From positions 2,208,001 through 2,272,000 of the forward strand of contig CBDASK010000003.1 of NCBI GenBank assembly GCA_965199495.1: 64,000 bases of DNA. The letters are read 5' to 3'. Origin of the DNA: Abditibacterium sp. (GTDB lineage: Bacteria > Armatimonadota > Abditibacteriia > Abditibacteriales > Abditibacteriaceae). The notes beneath the pieces were generated by a model. That model searched no databases. It was not told the DNA's origin and worked only from the letters and a program-made list of their open reading frames with translations. Positions within the stretch are counted from its first letter, which is position 1. Each line of letters begins with the position of its first letter. The translations under genes were made by a program, and so were the position numbers. This document shows, piece after piece, positions 9,415-19,302 of this stretch.

Positions 9415-10326
9415 ATGCAATTTCGGGTGGGCATAGACGGCGGCGGCACCACGACGCGCGCCGTTGTGATTGACGAAGCAAACCGCGTTTTGGGGCGCGG
9501 GCAGGGCGATGCGAGTAATCTCTATAATGTGGGATTGCAGGGGGCGCTGCAAAGCATAGACACCGCCGTCGCGGAGGCGTTGGGCGCGGCCAATATCGCG
9601 CGCGACGCGGTGAGTTCGTGGGGTTTTGGTTTGGCTGGCATTTCCGGCCCCGCCGAAAATGCGCGTTGGCGCGCGGCGCTGGAGCCGATTTACGCGGGCG
9701 ATTTGGCCATTGACGAGGACGTGGCTGCGGCTTGGGCGGGCGCGTTGGGGCCGGAGAATTTGAGCGCGGGCGGCGCGGTTTTGATCGCGGGCACGGGCGC
9801 CAACTGCTTTGGACGTAACGCCAATGGCGAGCGCCGTCGCGTGGATGGTTGGGGGCCACTTTTGGGCGACCGGGGTAGCGGTTATTGGCTGGGCGAAAAC
9901 GCGATTCGCGCGGCGATTGCGGGCTTCGATGGAGCCACGGCGCCGACTGCGTTGCAAAGCGCGTTGTTAAAGCATTTTGAAGTCGAGAACGTGGAAGATT
10001 TAGTTGGCGTGGTTTACGCCGCCGATTTCCGTCGTGACCGCATCGCCGCGTTTGTGCCACACGTCATCGCCCATGCGCGCGCGGGCGATGCCGTCGCCGC
10101 CGATTTGTTGAAGGGATGCGGACATCAACTGGCCCAAACCGCGCGCGCCGTTTTGGAGCCGCTCGACTTGAAAAAATTAGCGCTAACTGGCGGATTATTA
10201 CAAAATTCGCCCGAAATCCGCGCCGCGTTGCAAACCGCGCTGGGCGGCGAAATCGAATTGGTGGAGCCGCGCTTTGAAGCCGTCGTGGGCGCCGCGTTTT
10301 TGCCCGCGTTGGAAACGAAAGCATAA
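9415..10326 (+). CDS. BadF/BadG/BcrA/BcrD-type N-acetylglucosamine kinase
   Basis: GIDGGGTTT, IAGTGA and GWGPLLGDRGSGYWLG motifs; adjacent to nagB. Confidence 0.88.
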   Translation: MQFRVGIDGGGTTTRAVVIDEANRVLGRGQGDASNLYNVGLQGALQSIDTAVAEALGAANIARDAVSSWGFGLAGISGPAENARWRAALEPIYAGDLAIDEDVAAAWAGALGPENLSAGGAVLIAGTGANCFGRNANGERRRVDGWGPLLGDRGSGYWLGENAIRAAIAGFDGATAPTALQSALLKHFEVENVEDLVGVVYAADFRRDRIAAFVPHVIAHARAGDAVAADLLKGCGHQLAQTARAVLEPLDLKKLALTGGLLQNSPEIRAALQTALGGEIELVEPRFEAVVGAAFLPALETKA

Positions 10327-10332
10327 TTGTGA

Positions 10333-10369
10333 TTTTGTAGAAACGCCGATTACTCGCGTCTCTACAAAA
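10333..10369. repeat. Solo GTAG-type REP-like palindrome (family D)
   Basis: ttttGTAGaaacgccgattactcgcgtctCTACaaaa; similar to the arms at 14982-15076. Confidence 0.7.
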
Positions 10370-10395
10370 ACTCGCGAAAATCCATAAACCGAAAT

Positions 10396-12159
10396 ATGAA
10401 TATCCAAATTCGCAGCGACTACGACGCGATTTGTGGCGAAGTCGCCCGACAAATCGCCGATTTAGTGCGCACGAAACCCGACGCCGTTTTGGGATTGGCG
10501 ACGGGCGGCACGCCGCTTGGCGTTTATCAGGAATTAATTCGTCTGCATCGCGAAACCGGGCTTTCGTTCGCGAATGTGCGCACTTTTAATCTCGACGAAT
10601 ACGTGCCGATGGCGCCCGATGCGCCGCAATCTTACCGGCGTTTCATGCAGAATCAGTTGTTCGATCACATTGATATCGCGTTCGAGAACACTCATGTTCC
10701 CAGTGGTCTGGCGCGTCCGGTCGAGCAAATCGAGGCCGATTGCGCGGCCTACGAAGCGAATATCGAAGCGGCGGGCGGTTTGGATTTGCAGATTTTGGGC
10801 ATCGGGCGCACCGGACATATCGGCTTCAACGAGCCGGGCAGTGGCGCCCAAACGCGAACTCGCCTGGTCGTGCTCGATTCGGTGACGCGCGGCGACGCGG
10901 CGGGCGCGTTTTTCGGATTGGAAAACGTGCCCGCGCGCGCTATCACGATGGGCGTCGGCACGATTTTGGGCGCGCGCCGGTTGATTATGATGGCATCGGG
11001 CGCGCGCAAAGCGGCGATTGTCGCGCAGGCTTTGGAAGGCAAAATCACCTCGAAAGTGCCCGCGAGTTTCGTGCGCGAACATCCCGATGCGACGATTTGG
11101 CTCGACGAAGCCGCCGCCGAAAACTTGTCGGGACACGGCGCGCTCGATGAGCCACGGCGCCGCCTGATTCGCACCGCTTTGGATCGTGGCGTGCGTTTGT
11201 CGGCATTGGAAGGTTTCGCCGCCGAAGAAAAACTGGCCGTCGAATCCGATTTGCGCGCGCGCGGGTGCGACGATAATTTGTTGCCACGCGGCCAAACGAT
11301 TTTGTGTTTGTCGCCGCACCCCGACGACGACGTGATTTGTTGTGGCGCCACGTTAATGAAAATGGCGGCGCGTGGCAACCGGATTTTCGTGGCCTACGGC
11401 GTTTCGGGCGCCAACGCCGTGCGCGACAAAGACGTTTTGGTGCTTTTGCGCACGCGCCATCCGCGTTTGATTTCGTATCTCGAAGCGACGCTGGAGCCGG
11501 GCAAATCGCTGGAAAACGCGATGGATGAAGTGCGCTTTAGCATCTTCGAGCGCGAGCCGGGCGCGCCCGATGCGCCGTTGCTGCGCGAGATGAAACGCTT
11601 GGTGCGCGAAGGCGAAGCCGCCGATGCCTGCCGAAAAATGGGCGCCAAACCGATTTTTTTGAAGTTGCCGTTTTACGGCGACGGCGCACACAGTCTGCCG
11701 ATCGGAGCCGCCGACGTTGAAATTATGAGCGAAATGTTGGTTCATGTCGCGCCCGATTTGGTTTTGCTGACCGGCGAATTGTCCGACCCTCACGGCACGC
11801 ACGAACTGTGCGAGCGCATCTTCGAGCGCGCGGCGGCGCCCATCGAAGAGGCCAACGGCGCGAACTTTGAGCGTTGGCTCTATCGCGGTGGCTACCTCGA
11901 ATGGCCCATCGAAGAGGCGAGCTATTTTTCGGTTTTTGGCAAAGCCGCAATGGACGCCAAAATCAGTTTGATTTTAGATCACATCTCGCAGATGGATCCG
12001 CTTTTTCCCGGCGGCGATACCCGCGAATTTTGGGAGCGCGCCCGCGACCGCAACCGCCAATCCGCGCGCGAACTGCAAACGTTGGGATTATTGCCGCCGA
12101 CGCGCTCGTTCGATCCGCTTTTTGTCGAGATTTTCCGGCGCAAGGGCGGCGACGGTTAA
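10396..12159 (+). CDS. nagB: Glucosamine-6-phosphate deaminase fused to a PIG-L-type deacetylase domain
   Basis: LGLATGGTP, FNLDEY and GIGRTGHIGFNEPG; C-terminal SPHPDDDVI and DPHGTH. Confidence 0.92.
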   Translation: MNIQIRSDYDAICGEVARQIADLVRTKPDAVLGLATGGTPLGVYQELIRLHRETGLSFANVRTFNLDEYVPMAPDAPQSYRRFMQNQLFDHIDIAFENTHVPSGLARPVEQIEADCAAYEANIEAAGGLDLQILGIGRTGHIGFNEPGSGAQTRTRLVVLDSVTRGDAAGAFFGLENVPARAITMGVGTILGARRLIMMASGARKAAIVAQALEGKITSKVPASFVREHPDATIWLDEAAAENLSGHGALDEPRRRLIRTALDRGVRLSALEGFAAEEKLAVESDLRARGCDDNLLPRGQTILCLSPHPDDDVICCGATLMKMAARGNRIFVAYGVSGANAVRDKDVLVLLRTRHPRLISYLEATLEPGKSLENAMDEVRFSIFEREPGAPDAPLLREMKRLVREGEAADACRKMGAKPIFLKLPFYGDGAHSLPIGAADVEIMSEMLVHVAPDLVLLTGELSDPHGTHELCERIFERAAAPIEEANGANFERWLYRGGYLEWPIEEASYFSVFGKAAMDAKISLILDHISQMDPLFPGGDTREFWERARDRNRQSARELQTLGLLPPTRSFDPLFVEIFRRKGGDG

Positions 12160-12256
12160 AAAAGTCGGAATTTGAGCAGAGAACAAAACCCGAAGCGTAT
12201 CAGCCGCGCCGTTTGTTTGGGTAGAGTTTTCTAATGCAGAGGCCACAACTTTGAGT

Positions 12257-12333
12257 GCGGAGCTGACGCACCCTTCCAATCGGTTATGAGTCCGAGAAAA
12301 GACCGCCAGATTGGAAGGGTGCGTCAGCCCCGC
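12257..12333. repeat. Inverted-repeat element, family B (25-bp arms) inside decayed outer arms
   Basis: gcggagctgacgcacccttccaatc / gattggaagggtgcgtcagccccgc, 1 mismatch. Confidence 0.85.
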
Positions 12334-12443
12334 TCGTGTAATCTCTGCACTATGGAATCGCTCTATCTCTTACGTCGCACTTTTCTCGTCGCCAAGCGCG
12401 CATCTGGTTTGACTTCGACTTCCCGGAAAACTAAACGCGCGAT

Positions 12444-13430
12444 TTAACCTTCAAATCCCATCTGTTCCAATTCCTCGCGCGCCATCGCAATACTCAAGCG
12501 ACTGCCTTGCGGCGTGATGCGATGGGGCGCGCGATTTTGGTCAATGCACTCCAGAAAATAATCGATTTCGGCCTGATACGCCATCGGGCCGTCAACCTCA
12601 ATTTCCTGCGCTTTGCCGTCGCGATACAGTTGCATCGCTTCGCCCTTGGACGAATCCCAATACAAACTCGCTTTACTGCCGACGATTTCAAACGCCATCG
12701 CGAAATTGCTGCTGTTTTTGTCCCAGCCGCCGTGCAAATGAACTTGCGGGCCGCCGTCGTAATTCCACGTCGAATCCACTTTGAGCGGCAAACCGTCGCG
12801 AATCAAACCGGTCGTTTCGATAGATTTGGGCTGCCCAAACCACCACAGCGCGGTGTCCACATCGTGAACGTGCATATCCAAAACGGCGCCGCCGCTTTGC
12901 GCGCCGTCCATCAGCCACCGGCTCCAACTGGGCGCGCCGCCCGCGCGCATGAAACGCGCGTAAATGATGTCGCCCAGTTCGCCGCTCGCGATGCGCTGGT
13001 GCGCTTCGACGTATTGCGGCCAAAAACGCAAGCAATGCCCGACCAGCAGAAATTTGCCGCTTTTTCGTTGCGCTTCGATTACCGCGTCGCACTCTTCCAC
13101 CGTCCATGCCAAAGGCTTTTCGCACAAAACGTGTTTGCCCGCGTTCAGAGCGGCGATGGTAAATTGCGCGTGCTGGCGCGTGGGCAAACAAAAATCAATC
13201 AAGTCAATATCGGGATTCTCAATTAGCGCCTGAATATCGCTTGTGGTTTCGACGCCGCTCAAATCGAGCGCCGAATTCGCTTCGATATTGCCCGCGATTT
13301 TGGCGCCCGAAACCAGACGGTCGGGATTGCTGTCGCCCGCCGCGACGACAAGGGCGAGTGGGTTGTTTTTGTAACAGTTGAAATGGGTTTGGCCCATAAA
13401 TCCCAGACCGACGACGGCAGTTTTAATCAT
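12444..13430 (-). CDS. Gfo/Idh/MocA family oxidoreductase
   Basis: GLGFMG, GKHVLCEKP and GGAVLDMHVHDVD motifs. Confidence 0.93.
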   Translation of the reverse strand: MIKTAVVGLGFMGQTHFNCYKNNPLALVVAAGDSNPDRLVSGAKIAGNIEANSALDLSGVETTSDIQALIENPDIDLIDFCLPTRQHAQFTIAALNAGKHVLCEKPLAWTVEECDAVIEAQRKSGKFLLVGHCLRFWPQYVEAHQRIASGELGDIIYARFMRAGGAPSWSRWLMDGAQSGGAVLDMHVHDVDTALWWFGQPKSIETTGLIRDGLPLKVDSTWNYDGGPQVHLHGGWDKNSSNFAMAFEIVGSKASLYWDSSKGEAMQLYRDGKAQEIEVDGPMAYQAEIDYFLECIDQNRAPHRITPQGSRLSIAMAREELEQMGFEG

Positions 13431-13490
13431 AATTTTTCACTTCCACTCAACTTACGCCCTCACGCAGTGGGATTGATACGGCTCTTGGAT

Positions 13491-13624
13491 TGTCATTCTG
13501 AGCGGAGAGAGGCACGAACGAAGTCGAAGAATTCAGTGCGTTGGAGTTCATGCTTACGCTTGTCGACGCCGTTACGTCATGAATTCTTCGACTTCGTTCG
13601 TGCCTCTCTCCGCTCAGAATGACA
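13491..13624. repeat. Inverted-repeat element, family C (TGTCATTCTGAGC..., perfect 45-bp arms)
   Basis: 13491-13535 is the exact reverse complement of 13580-13624; further copies at 24187 and 47681. Confidence 0.95.
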
Positions 13625-13686
13625 GGCATGGGGCCACCACACTTGGTTGAGTAAGGTGAGTTACGCCGTTGGTTCGCTTCGTCACT

Positions 13687-14958
13687 TCACGACGGTTGAC
13701 CGACCGGCATATTCGCCGGTTTGCGATCTTCAACGCCGCTAATCAAATTTCCCTTGTCACCCGGCGTGGCTGCTTCGTCCAGCAACGGCTTGACGTTGGC
13801 GAAGGCTTGCAGCGCGGCTTCCAAGTCGGCGCGCGAATGGGCCGCCGAAATCTGCACGCGAATGCGCGCCTTTCCCTGCGGCACGACCGGATACGAAAAG
13901 CCCGTCACATAAACGCCCTGATTCAGTAACGCTTCGGCCAAGCGTCCGGCCAGCGCCGCGTCGCCCAGCATGATCGGCACAATCGGGTGCGTGCTTTCGA
14001 TGATGTCATAGCCCAATTCGGCGATGCCAGCGCGGAAAAATTGGGTGTTGTCTTCCAATTTGTCGCGCAAATCGGTCGAACTTTCCAATTTTTCCAAAAC
14101 GCGGAGCGACGTAGCTGCGATGACGGGCGCGAGCGAATTGGAAAACAGATAGGGCCGCGAACGTTGGCGCAACAATTCGACGATTTCGCGGCGCGCCGCC
14201 GTGTAGCCGCCGCTTGCGCCGCCCAGCGCTTTGCCCAGCGTGCCCGTGATAATGTCCACGCGGCCCATAACGTCGCAAAATTCGGAAGTGCCGCGTCCCT
14301 TGTCGCCCAAAAAACCGACAGCGTGCGAATCGTCAACCATCACGAGGGCATCGTATTTGTCGGCCAAATCGCAGATGCTTTTGAGGTCGGCGATAATGCC
14401 GTCCATCGAAAACACGCCGTCGGTCGCGATCAATCGAAAGCGCGCGTCTTTGGCTTTGACAAGTTGCGCTTCCAAATCGGCCATGTCGTTGTTGGCGTAG
14501 CGAAAGCGCTGGGCTTTGCAAAGCCGCACGCCGTCAATAATCGAAGCGTGGTTGAGCGCATCCGAAATTATGGCGTCGTCCGGCCCCAGCAAAGTCTCGA
14601 ACAGGCCGCCGTTGGCGTCGAAACACGAGCCATACAAAATCGTGTCATCTGTCCCCAGAAATTCGGATAATTTCGCTTCGAGTTGCTGATGAATGTCCTG
14701 CGTCCCGCAAATAAAGCGCACGCTGGCCAAACCATAACCGCGCTGATCCAACGCGTCGTGCGCGGCTTCGAGCAGTTGAGCATCGTCGGCCAAGCCGAGA
14801 TAATTGTTGGCGCACATATTCAGCACTTGGCGCCCGCCGACTTCGATATGCGCGTTTTGCGCCGAGGTGATGCGGCGCTCGTTTTTATAGGTGCCCGCCG
14901 CGCGCACTTCGTCGAGCTGCGCGCTGAGATGATTTTGGAATCGCGTGTAAGTTGACAT
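13687..14958 (-). CDS. kbl: 2-amino-3-ketobutyrate CoA ligase
   Basis: [38 protein letters not shown] and [11 protein letters not shown] motifs; next to tdh. Confidence 0.96.
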   Translation of the reverse strand: MSTYTRFQNHLSAQLDEVRAAGTYKNERRITSAQNAHIEVGGRQVLNMCANNYLGLADDAQLLEAAHDALDQRGYGLASVRFICGTQDIHQQLEAKLSEFLGTDDTILYGSCFDANGGLFETLLGPDDAIISDALNHASIIDGVRLCKAQRFRYANNDMADLEAQLVKAKDARFRLIATDGVFSMDGIIADLKSICDLADKYDALVMVDDSHAVGFLGDKGRGTSEFCDVMGRVDIITGTLGKALGGASGGYTAARREIVELLRQRSRPYLFSNSLAPVIAATSLRVLEKLESSTDLRDKLEDNTQFFRAGIAELGYDIIESTHPIVPIMLGDAALAGRLAEALLNQGVYVTGFSYPVVPQGKARIRVQISAAHSRADLEAALQAFANVKPLLDEAATPGDKGNLISGVEDRKPANMPVGQPS

Positions 14959-14981
14959 AATTTGATTTCCCTTGTGCTTTG

Positions 14982-15076
14982 GCAGAGACGCCGATTCATC
15001 GCGTCTAAAACTTAAATGAACTTGCGGACAAGGGCGAGACTTCGACGTTTTAGACGCGATAAATCTGCGTCTCTAC
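14982..15076. repeat. REPIN-like doublet of GTAG REPs (family D)
   Basis: gcagagacgccgattcatcgcgtctaaaac / gttttagacgcgataaatctgcgtctctac; each arm is itself a small hairpin. Confidence 0.85.
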
Positions 15077-15088
15077 GAGCGTTGAAAG

Positions 15089-16114
15089 TCAGCTCCAATC
15101 GAGCACGACTTTGCCGCACGCGCCGCTCTTCATCGCGGCAAAGCCCGCCTCGAATTCGGTGTAGGGCAAACGGTGCGTAATGACCGGCGAAATATCCAGC
15201 CCGCTTTGCAGCATCACGCTCATTTTATACCAAGTCTCATACATTTCGCGCCCGTAAATGCCTTTGATCGTCAGCATATTGAAAATCACCGTATTCCAGT
15301 CAATCGGCATCGCATCGCTGGGAATGCCGAGCATCGCGATTTTGCCGCCGTGACACATCGCGCCGATCATTTCGGCGAACGCCTGCGGGTTGCCCGACAT
15401 TTCCAAACCGACATCGAAACCTTCCTGCATCCCCAATTCGCGTTGCACCTCCGCGATGCGCGTTTGGCTGACATCAACAGCCACGTCGGCGCCCAGCTTT
15501 TTCGCCAACTCCAAACGATGCGCATTGACATCGGTCACCACGACGTAACGCGCTCCGGCGTGTTTAACGACGGCGGCGGCCATGCAGCCAATCGGCCCGG
15601 CGCCCGTAATCAGCACGTCTTCGCCTAAAACCGGAAACGATAAAGCCGTATGAACCGCATTGCCAAACGGATCGAAAATCGAGGCGACATCCAGATCAAC
15701 ATCGGCGCGGTGATGCCAAACGTTGGTCATTGGAACCGCGATCAGTTCGGCGAAGGCGCCGGGCCGATTGACGCCGATGCCCTGCGTGTCCTTGCACAAA
15801 TGCCGCCGCCCCGCCAGACAATTGCGACAGCGCCCGCACACGACGTGGCCTTCGGCGGAAACGATTTCGCCCGCGAAAAAGTCGGTGACGTTGGAGCCGA
15901 CTTCGACAACTTCGCCCACAAACTCGTGCCCGACGATCATCGGAACGGGAATCGTCTTTTGCGCCCAGCTATCCCAGTTGTAGATGTGCAAATCCGTCCC
16001 GCAAATCCCGGTTTTCAACACGCGAATCAACACGTCGTTGATGCCAACTTTGGGTTCGGGCCTCTCTTGCAACCACAGACCCTCGCGAGCCTGACTTTTT
16101 ACCAGTGCTTTCAT
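15089..16114 (-). CDS. tdh: L-threonine 3-dehydrogenase
   Basis: [22 protein letters not shown]...RRHLC and [14 protein letters not shown] motifs. Confidence 0.96.
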   Translation of the reverse strand: MKALVKSQAREGLWLQERPEPKVGINDVLIRVLKTGICGTDLHIYNWDSWAQKTIPVPMIVGHEFVGEVVEVGSNVTDFFAGEIVSAEGHVVCGRCRNCLAGRRHLCKDTQGIGVNRPGAFAELIAVPMTNVWHHRADVDLDVASIFDPFGNAVHTALSFPVLGEDVLITGAGPIGCMAAAVVKHAGARYVVVTDVNAHRLELAKKLGADVAVDVSQTRIAEVQRELGMQEGFDVGLEMSGNPQAFAEMIGAMCHGGKIAMLGIPSDAMPIDWNTVIFNMLTIKGIYGREMYETWYKMSVMLQSGLDISPVITHRLPYTEFEAGFAAMKSGACGKVVLDWS

Positions 16115-16181
16115 GATGTTTAGATTAGTCTGACAAAAACTCGGTCAGAATATGTTGCAAATTACTTTTGCGATGAATCTA

Positions 16182-17834
16182 TTATCCGCGTTTTTCCAGC
16201 CATTGCTTCAATTGCGCCGCGCTCTGGCAATTGAAAATATCGCCTTTTTCGCACCACGCGCGGCGCGCGACGGAAATGCCGAATTCGATATTGCCCAACA
16301 TTTTGGGCGAATGCGCGTCGGTATCAATGCAGAGTTTGACGCCCGCTTCTCGCGCGGCAAACGCGTGTTCGTCCTTCAAATCCAAACGTTCCGAAGCGTT
16401 GATTTCCAACACCGTCCCACTTTTGTGGGCGGCGGCGATTAAAGCAGCCACGTCCACGTCGTAGGGCGCGCGGGCGCCCAGAACGCGGCCCGTCGGGTGG
16501 CCGATCATGTCAACGTGCGGGTTTTGGATGGCTTTAATCATGCGCGCGGTTTGCTCTTCGATGGGCAGGTTAAACGCCGAGTGAACCGAGCCGACGACCC
16601 AATCGAGTTCGCTCAAGATGTCGTCGTCCAAGTCCATCGAGCCGTCGCGCAGGATGTCGCATTCGACGCCGCGCAAAATCAATAATTCGGGAAACTGCGC
16701 GCGCGCCGCTTCGATTTCCTGCGCCTGTTCGCGCAGACGCGCCGCGTTCAAACCGTTGGCCATCGCCAGCGCTTTGGAATGATCGGTGACGGCGAAATAC
16801 TCGTAGCCATGCTCAGTCATCGCGCCCGCCATCTGCGCGATAGTCGCCACACCGTCGCTCCATGTCGAATGCGTGTGCAAATCGCCGCGAATATCGCGGA
16901 CTTCGACCAAATTCGGCAGTTCACCCGCGCGCGCCGCCGCCCATTCGCCCCGGTTTTCGCGCAGTTCTGGCGCGATATATTGCGCTTTGGCCGCCGCATA
17001 TAACGCGTTTTCATCGGCATATTTTTCTTCAAAGATCTGCCCGCTCAAGTGCGCAGAACTGCCGGTTTGTTGCCACAAAACTGTGCCGAATTCGGCGGGC
17101 ACTGCGACGATTAACTCGACTTCCATGCCGGTCAAAGTGCGCGCTTTGAGCCTGTTTTCGTCGCGCTCACTGACTTCGCCAATAATTGGCAACGCGGCGA
17201 AAGCATCGAGAACCACCGCGAAATCGTCCGAGCGCGCGACGAAATTCAGGTTGCCGATGGTCTCGCAGCCACGCCGCACGCTTCCGGCGATTCGCAGTTC
17301 GACTTTGGGCATCATTTCGGCGAAAGCGTGTTCGATTTTATCGGCCAAAACCGTGGCGCGCGTCAAAGGCATACGCGCCGAAAGTTCGGCCATGCGGCGC
17401 AACGAAATTTTCAAGTTCTCGATAGTTTTTGGCCCAAATCCGCTCACGCCTTTGAGTTCGCCATTATCGAGCGCCGTCGCGAATTTTTCCAGCGAATCGA
17501 TATTTTTCTCTTGGTAAAGCAGCTTGACTTTTTTGGGGCCGAGGCCGGGCACGCGCAAAACTTCTAAAAGTCCGGGTGGGTTTTCGCGGCGCAGGTGTTC
17601 CAATAATCGAATTTGTCCGGTCGCGCCCCACTCGCGCGTTTTGGCGATAGTCGCGGCGCCCAGACCTTCGAGTTTTTCCAAATCTTCGTCGGTCGCGTCT
17701 TCGATGGCGCCGGGATAATCGGCGACGGCTTCGGCGGCGCGGCGGTAAGCGCGAATTTTGAACGGGTTATCGCCGCCGAGTTCGAGGTAATCGGCGATCT
17801 CTTCAAAGGCATTGGCCAGAGCGACGTTTTGCAT
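16182..17834 (-). CDS. polX: Family X DNA polymerase-PHP protein with substituted polymerase carboxylates
   Basis: NPFKIRAYRRAA, HhH GLGPKK, GSVRR..ETIGNLN; intact PHP motifs DLHTHS..SDG, TDHS, GHPTGR, DTDAH. Confidence 0.92.
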   Translation of the reverse strand: MQNVALANAFEEIADYLELGGDNPFKIRAYRRAAEAVADYPGAIEDATDEDLEKLEGLGAATIAKTREWGATGQIRLLEHLRRENPPGLLEVLRVPGLGPKKVKLLYQEKNIDSLEKFATALDNGELKGVSGFGPKTIENLKISLRRMAELSARMPLTRATVLADKIEHAFAEMMPKVELRIAGSVRRGCETIGNLNFVARSDDFAVVLDAFAALPIIGEVSERDENRLKARTLTGMEVELIVAVPAEFGTVLWQQTGSSAHLSGQIFEEKYADENALYAAAKAQYIAPELRENRGEWAAARAGELPNLVEVRDIRGDLHTHSTWSDGVATIAQMAGAMTEHGYEYFAVTDHSKALAMANGLNAARLREQAQEIEAARAQFPELLILRGVECDILRDGSMDLDDDILSELDWVVGSVHSAFNLPIEEQTARMIKAIQNPHVDMIGHPTGRVLGARAPYDVDVAALIAAAHKSGTVLEINASERLDLKDEHAFAAREAGVKLCIDTDAHSPKMLGNIEFGISVARRAWCEKGDIFNCQSAAQLKQWLEKRG

Positions 17835-17909
17835 ATTCTCAGTTTAAACCGCGACTTTGGGGCCAGCATTTTGCAAGTTGATATTGTCACCTCAAAAGGA
17901 GAAATCACC

Positions 17910-18143
17910 ATGAAAAATCATATTTTGGAGTTGTTTGCCATCGGTCTCATTGGCGACGGCGTTTTGGGCGTATTGTTCCCCAAAGGCCACGCGCGCCTGT
18001 GGAAAATTGGGCCATCGGCTTTGCAGGATGCCACCGAGAAATTCGCCGAAAACCCCGACGCCACGCGCATTCTCAGCCTCGCCGAAATCATTATCGGCGT
18101 CGTGCTGGCGTTCGCGCAACACGAAAGTTGGGAAGAAAGTTAA
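17910..18143 (+). CDS. Small two-TM membrane protein (DUF2065/YjeT-like)
   Basis: SD AAGGAG then ATG 17910; IGDGVLGVLFP...W and a C-terminal hydrophobic helix. Confidence 0.7.
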   Translation: MKNHILELFAIGLIGDGVLGVLFPKGHARLWKIGPSALQDATEKFAENPDATRILSLAEIIIGVVLAFAQHESWEES

Positions 18144-18257
18144 TCTGAGGGAACAGGAGACAGAATACAAGGGAGACAGGAAGATTTGGGGCGACAATTT
18201 GAGTTGTCTTCAATATACCTGTCTCCCTTGTATTCTGTCTCCTGTTCCCTCAGATTA
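18141..18257. repeat. Inverted-repeat element, family E (perfect 40-bp purine-rich arms with ~7-nt subrepeats)
   Basis: taatctgagggaacaggagacagaatacaagggagacagg is the exact reverse complement of 18218-18257. Confidence 0.92.
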
Positions 18258-18273
18258 TACTTTCCTCCCGATT

Positions 18274-19302
18274 ATGCCCGCTTCCGCCACTTCAACTCCC
18301 TCTGCCACTCCACTTTTTGGGCGCGCCCGACGCTTGTTGGGTTGGCAGGGCTACATCGCGCATTTGCCCGATGATTGGAATCCCGGCAAGTTCGCGGGCA
18401 AGCGCACCAACGGCGATATTCGCGTAGACGATGAAGACGGCATTCGTATGGAATTGCGCTGGGAAGAAACTAACAAGACGCCCGACGTGGATAAGAGCGT
18501 CGGCAACTTCTTGAGTCAGTTGGAAAAGGGTGCCAAAAAACGCGACGAAGCGTTCGCGATTGATGAAAACGCGCATACGGTTTCCAAAGGCCGCAAGCGC
18601 AAAGAACAAGTCACCAGTTTCGGTTGGATCGGCGCGCCGGGCGCGCAATCGTCGTGCGGTTATGGCGCGGCGTGGAGTTGCCCCGTTTGCAAACGCGTGA
18701 CTTTCGCGCATATCATCGGGCACGCGGGCGAAAAACCCGCCAAAATTATGCGTCTGGCGGGCGAAATCCTAACCGATATGGAATGCCACGGCGAAGGCGG
18801 CTGGGACACTTGGGGCGCCTTCGACTTGCAGCTCGAAGTGCCGACCGAATTCGAGTTGAAAAGCGCACAACTGTTGCTCAACAAAATTGACATCGAATGG
18901 ACGCGCGCGCGTCCCAACGGGCTTTACGGTTGGGGTCGCCGCGCCGAACGCGTGCGGATTCAGCGCTTTCCGGTCGCCAACGTTTTGCTCGATGGCAAAG
19001 ATTTAAAAGAGTGGAGCGATTGGAATATTCAAAGCAAGAACAAACAATTGGATTTGCGAGAAGCCACGCCGGACGAGTTCAATGGGCACGAAGGTTTGTT
19101 TTATCGCGGCCCGGTCAAAGATTTGAAGCAGCGATTGGGCGTGTGGTTTTTCGATATTCTGCTGCGCCGCCGCACGCCGCAAGGCGAAGTGCGCGTGTGG
19201 GATTGCCCGGATTCCAACCGAATTTACGTGTTGGAAAGCGAAGTTTCGCCAGTCAATGCTCATGTGCCCGCCGACGTTCTGGACGCGATGGCGTGTCATT
19301 GA
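18274..19302 (+). CDS. Hypothetical protein with internal two-fold repeat (WxCP...R...MxCH)
   Basis: Long ORF; the upstream extension in the ORF track runs through the repeat and another gene, so ATG 18274 was chosen. Confidence 0.75.
   Translation: MPASATSTPSATPLFGRARRLLGWQGYIAHLPDDWNPGKFAGKRTNGDIRVDDEDGIRMELRWEETNKTPDVDKSVGNFLSQLEKGAKKRDEAFAIDENAHTVSKGRKRKEQVTSFGWIGAPGAQSSCGYGAAWSCPVCKRVTFAHIIGHAGEKPAKIMRLAGEILTDMECHGEGGWDTWGAFDLQLEVPTEFELKSAQLLLNKIDIEWTRARPNGLYGWGRRAERVRIQRFPVANVLLDGKDLKEWSDWNIQSKNKQLDLREATPDEFNGHEGLFYRGPVKDLKQRLGVWFFDILLRRRTPQGEVRVWDCPDSNRIYVLESEVSPVNAHVPADVLDAMACH

Noticed and set aside
13447..13629. Small ORFs with 'VILS.ER.ERSRRI' (also 24161-24385, 47737-48117)
   Set aside because: They are translations of the family C repeat, not a protein family
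17935..18273. N-terminal extension of the 455-aa ORF
   Set aside because: Overlaps a real small gene and runs through the family E repeat
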